A stretch of DNA of 64,000 nt from Candidatus Poribacteria bacterium (lineage in GTDB: Bacteria; Poribacteria; WGA-4E; JAJDTR01): positions 4,256,001 through 4,320,000 of the forward strand of contig CBDCTK010000002.1 in NCBI GenBank assembly GCA_965222225.1. The letters run 5' to 3'. The notes beneath the pieces were generated by a model. It worked only from the letters and a program-made list of their open reading frames with translations. It was not told the DNA's origin and did no database searches. This document shows positions 60,286 through 64,000 of this stretch, in pieces. Position 1 is the first letter of the stretch. The number at the start of each line of letters is the position of its first letter. Both the position numbers and the translations under genes were made by a program.

Positions 60286-61833
60286 ATGTCAATGTGGCTT
60301 ACGAATCAGCAAATTCAGCATTTGCGGCGCGGATACCAAAAGAATATCGAGTCCCCTGTGCCAACGCAGGTTATCTCCAGCGGAGAGTGCTTTCCCCCGC
60401 CGCAAACCCGTCAACAGGTTCAGGTAGAGTCGCTGATTCAGGAAAATGCTCACATATATGCTCGTCGTCAGGGTTTGGAGCGTCAATCCTACCTACGTTC
60501 TCGCAGCGGCATGGCTAGCGCATTTCTCGCCATGAATCAGGTATTCGGAGAGGTTTACGAAATCGACCCCGCCGAAGCCGAAGACCACGCTGCTGCGCGC
60601 GAACGACATGACAAAACCGCAGATCAGTTTATCTTTGATGTCCATACCCATCATGTACACGACGATTACAGTTGGGAGGGCATACTTTGGTTACGTGACG
60701 CCGCCCGTGGAAACAACCAAGCAAAGAAACCGTGGAACCCGGATCTTACCGACTTGGAACTCGATCTCAAATATTACAAGTTCGACTACTATCTCAAGGA
60801 CATGTTCTTCGATAGCGATACCACGGTTGCCCTGCTAAGCACGTCGCCGGCAGTCGATCCGTATAAAAGGCTTCTATCCGATGATCAGATGGTCGCCACA
60901 AGAAACCTCGTCAATCGCCTGTCCGGTACGCGGCGGATGTTTGCCCACGGGATTATCTGGCCAAGTATTCCCGAGTATTCGGAGGCGATGGAGCGCGCCG
61001 CCACGGAACTGAAGGTGGATTCGTGGAAAGGCTACACTGTTGGAGATATACTCGGCGAAATACCGAGTTTTGAAAAACCTTGGCTCATGGACGACGAAGA
61101 TCTGACCTATCCAACCTACGAAAAGGCACGTAAGTTAGGTGTCCGAACCATATGCGTACACAAGGGAGTCTTGCCAATCGACTACGAGACAATCCCAAAC
61201 TGGCATTACGCCTCGGTGGATGATGTTGGAAAAGCGGCTCAGGATTGGCCCGACTTAAATTTCCACATCTATCACGCCGGCTTGAAAATGTGGCGGGACG
61301 CTCGTAGCGTCAGTGAAGAGTTTGAAAGGACCGGACGGCTGGAGTGGATTGACGAGATGGCAGCAATACCCGAAAAATACGGCGTCTCGAACGTGTATGC
61401 CGACATCGGGCTTTCGTTCGGCGCCTTGGCTATTACGCATCCCAGGATTGCCGCCGCGATGCTGGCAAAACTAGTCAAAGGGCTCGGAGCCGATCGCGTC
61501 CTCTGGGGCACGGATTCAATCTGGGCGGGGTCGCCGCAATGGCAAATCGAGGCATTCCGACGTATTGAAATTCCACCCGATATACAGGAAAAATACGACT
61601 TTGAACCGCTAGGCCCCCCAGATGGTCCAGTAAAAACCGCTATCTTTGGCGTCAACGCCGCCTGTCAATACGGCATCGAATTAGACGTGAACCGCCGTCC
61701 GATAGCAGATTACCGGAACGACGAGCTGTCACGCCTGAAAGCCGAGTATCTGGCAGCCGGCAACCAGCGCGATAATCTGTACTGGGGTTGGATACAACAA
61801 CAGAAAGCCAATTCACCTGCCTGTCCTCCATAG
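60286..61833 (+). CDS. Amidohydrolase_2 family protein
   Basis: FIFDVHTHH, SWKGYT, ICVHKG, YHAG, VLWGTDSIW.GSPQWQIEAFRR. Confidence 0.85.
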   Translation: MSMWLTNQQIQHLRRGYQKNIESPVPTQVISSGECFPPPQTRQQVQVESLIQENAHIYARRQGLERQSYLRSRSGMASAFLAMNQVFGEVYEIDPAEAEDHAAARERHDKTADQFIFDVHTHHVHDDYSWEGILWLRDAARGNNQAKKPWNPDLTDLELDLKYYKFDYYLKDMFFDSDTTVALLSTSPAVDPYKRLLSDDQMVATRNLVNRLSGTRRMFAHGIIWPSIPEYSEAMERAATELKVDSWKGYTVGDILGEIPSFEKPWLMDDEDLTYPTYEKARKLGVRTICVHKGVLPIDYETIPNWHYASVDDVGKAAQDWPDLNFHIYHAGLKMWRDARSVSEEFERTGRLEWIDEMAAIPEKYGVSNVYADIGLSFGALAITHPRIAAAMLAKLVKGLGADRVLWGTDSIWAGSPQWQIEAFRRIEIPPDIQEKYDFEPLGPPDGPVKTAIFGVNAACQYGIELDVNRRPIADYRNDELSRLKAEYLAAGNQRDNLYWGWIQQQKANSPACPP

Positions 61834-61986
61834 AATTGCTAATGCCGGTTATCAATTGAGGTATCCAAATCGTGCGTCTTCTTGACGAGTAACCGTCATT
61901 GTATATATCGGTGCCTCTCAAGGTATTTGGCGTGCCTCAAGAAATAGTGCAAAAGTGGCCAGTGAAGGCAATCCCCGTTACGGATT

Positions 61987-62814
61987 CTACGCACGTTTCG
62001 GCGGGGCGGCAGACACCCCTTCCAAACCTCCGCTGACTCTGAGGACCTCACCGGTTATCCAGGACGCCTGAGGACTACATAGGAAGGTCACTACCCGTGC
62101 GATGTCGATCGGTTCGCCCCATCGTCCTAACGGAATTGCCGTACGGATGCGTTCAATCATCTCGTCCTCGGTGATGTTCAAGCTCTGGCAGCGTTGCGCC
62201 ATGGTTTGCCTATTGAACTCGGTGTATACGGGCCCTGGACTCACGGCATTTACGCGCACGCCGTAAGCCGCCAACTCTATCGCCAAGGTTCGGGTCAGGC
62301 TGATTACCCCCGCTTTCGCTACGTTATAAGCTGCAACCAGCGCCGCTGGATTCTGACCGTTGATTGATGCGAGGTTTACGATGCACCCCGACTCCTGCTG
62401 TTCCATAATTGCCCCTGCCGCGCGACAACAGTAGAACGTCCCGGTCAATGTCGCGCTCAAAACCCGATCCCACTCCTCATCGCTCAAGGCAACGACTGGG
62501 GCGATATTCTGTCCGACGCCGGCATTATTGACAAGAATATCCATCCGTCCATGTTCGTCTATCACATCATCAAAAAATGCAGTGGCTCCGGCACTATCGG
62601 TAATGTTCAAGTAAGCTGCCTGCACTTTTAAGCCATCTGTCTGCAGCCGCGCGGCTTCAGTCCTACCCTTGTCGTGTTGCAGGTCGGCGATGATTACCGT
62701 TGCGCCATCGCGGGCGAGTTGCTCGCAGATTCCCAAACCCAACCCCTGGGAAGCCCCGGTCACCACTGCGATCAAACCATCAAGGTTGCGCGGAGCAGCC
62801 ACACTATCGTTCAT
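61987..62814 (-). CDS. Short-chain dehydrogenase/reductase (FabG-like)
   Basis: TGASQGLG, NNAG, YNVAK, RVNAVSPG. Confidence 0.92.
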   Translation of the reverse strand: MNDSVAAPRNLDGLIAVVTGASQGLGLGICEQLARDGATVIIADLQHDKGRTEAARLQTDGLKVQAAYLNITDSAGATAFFDDVIDEHGRMDILVNNAGVGQNIAPVVALSDEEWDRVLSATLTGTFYCCRAAGAIMEQQESGCIVNLASINGQNPAALVAAYNVAKAGVISLTRTLAIELAAYGVRVNAVSPGPVYTEFNRQTMAQRCQSLNITEDEMIERIRTAIPLGRWGEPIDIARVVTFLCSPQASWITGEVLRVSGGLEGVSAAPPKRA

Positions 62815-62851
62815 GAATATACCTCCTCGGATTCAATTACCGTCTGAAGAT

Positions 62852-63310
62852 TCATAGCCCTTCCATACTCACCCATGTCGATCCTTTGGCACAAGACTCT
62901 ACCGCTTTATAGATGAACCGCATGCCTCGGAGGCCATCATAAACCGTCGGAAAGTCATACTCCTCGCTCTCGACAGAGGTCTGCCATCAATGCGTCGCCG
63001 TATCGCCTCAACGACACCCACGTAAATGGTAGCGAAATCCTCCAAGTACCCTTCCGGATGTCCGGGTGGGATACGTGCGCTCACGACCGCCGCTTCAGAA
63101 AGATACCCCTGGCCGCGAGTAAGTGTCTGCCTCGGCTTGCCATAACGATAGAGTTCAAGATAGTTTGGAGTCTCGTGGCCCACTTAATCGCCCCCTTTTC
63201 GTCGTACACGCGGAGCGTCAGTCCATTTTCTTTACCGGTAGCTGCCTGGCTGATAGTGAGCACGCCCTTCCCGCCTCCCTCAAAGGTGCACACCGCCGAT
63301 AAATGCAACC
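62852..63310 (-). pseudogene. Truncated, frameshifted C-terminal remnant of a Gfo/Idh/MocA oxidoreductase
   Basis: Fragments SQAATGKENGLTLRVY..G.I.W, PPGHPEGYLEDFATIY and FPTVYDGLRGMRFI..AVES..W in three frames; no N-terminal NAD-binding domain. Confidence 0.75.
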
Positions 63311-63422
63311 TGGCCACTGCCAACCATGTCCATTCGTAATCTGCGGTTCCAAGAGTCCATTGATTTTCCTCCGTAAAAAGCAATACATCCGGGTGGTCCC
63401 TACCTCCCATCTAGTCTCTAAC

Positions 63423-64000
63423 TCATCCGCCCAAACCAAGAATTTTTCGATTGCGCTCAAGATTCACCTCGCCTCCCGCAAAGTCATCAAAGGCTACTTC
63501 GGTAGTTTCAATGATGTGATCGGAAATAAAGGGTGCGCCTTCCGCCGCCCCCTGCGCGGGGCTTTTCACGCAACATTCCCACTCAAGTGTAGCCCAACCT
63601 TCATAGCCGGCCTCCGACAAGAGCGTGAAAACTCGCCTAAAATCGACTTGGCCGTCACCCAGCGAACGGAACCGACCTGCGCGTCCCGCCCACGACTGAT
63701 ATCCTCCATAAACACCCACTCGCCCCGTTGGTCGGAACTCAGCATCCTTGACGTGAAATCCCTTTACGCGTTCGCCATAAAGCCTGATAAATTCGAGGTA
63801 GTCCAGTTGTTGCAGCAGAAGATGGCTCGGATCGTAATTCAGGCAGGCTGCCGGGTGGTTGTCCGTGAAATCGAGAAACATTTCGTACGTAGCGCCATCA
63901 TATATGTCCGAGCCGGGGTGTAACTCGTACGCGAATACAGTTCCGTTGTCATGTGCCAAATCGAGAAGCGGGCGCCACCGCTTAGCCAATTCCTTGAACG
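63423..64000 (-). CDS. Sugar-phosphate isomerase/epimerase (IolE/AP-endonuclease-2 TIM barrel), 5' end outside window
   Basis: YELHPG, NYDPSH, FHVKDAEF, FRSLGDGQVDF, LEWECC. Confidence 0.88.
   Translation of the reverse strand, partial: FKELAKRWRPLLDLAHDNGTVFAYELHPGSDIYDGATYEMFLDFTDNHPAACLNYDPSHLLLQQLDYLEFIRLYGERVKGFHVKDAEFRPTGRVGVYGGYQSWAGRAGRFRSLGDGQVDFRRVFTLLSEAGYEGWATLEWECCVKSPAQGAAEGAPFISDHIIETTEVAFDDFAGGEVNLERNRKILGLGG

Noticed and set aside
1-64000. tRNA, rRNA, transposase, integrase or phage genes
   Set aside because: No cloverleaf or rRNA signatures and no DDE, HUH, recombinase or phage motifs recognised by eye

Overview
A 64-kb bacterial window dominated by catabolic and secreted-protein genes, almost all on the + strand up to ~49.6 kb. 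It has 13 PhyH-family Fe(II)/2-oxoglutarate dioxygenases plus one other 2OG oxygenase; eight belong to one compact subfamily, four of them in tandem. There are four secreted LamG-like proteins ending in a shared K-x-x-(T/V)-(T/S)-W-G-x-(L/I)-K tail and a WD40-cohesin-dockerin-FlgD/T9SS-like protein. Other genes encode two GH36 galactosidases, a sulfatase, ThuA/Gfo/IolE-type sugar enzymes, two paralogous ~640-aa membrane proteins of unknown function, an orphan beta-RFAP synthase and an SDR + E1(alpha/beta) + E2 operon. This content suggests Candidatus Poribacteria or a relative (inference only). The intergenic DNA carries a layered repeat system: several GTAG-headed REP-like palindrome families, a conserved asymmetric CTATCGC...CTTGATC module nested in different REP stems, and five 150-350 bp cassettes bounded by four different terminal inverted repeats that enclose these repeats. 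No transposase, CRISPR array, tRNA or rRNA gene was seen. Two genes are disrupted: an LLM oxidoreductase (frameshift) and a Gfo/Idh/MocA remnant. All calls are from motif recognition by eye; no database searches were run.
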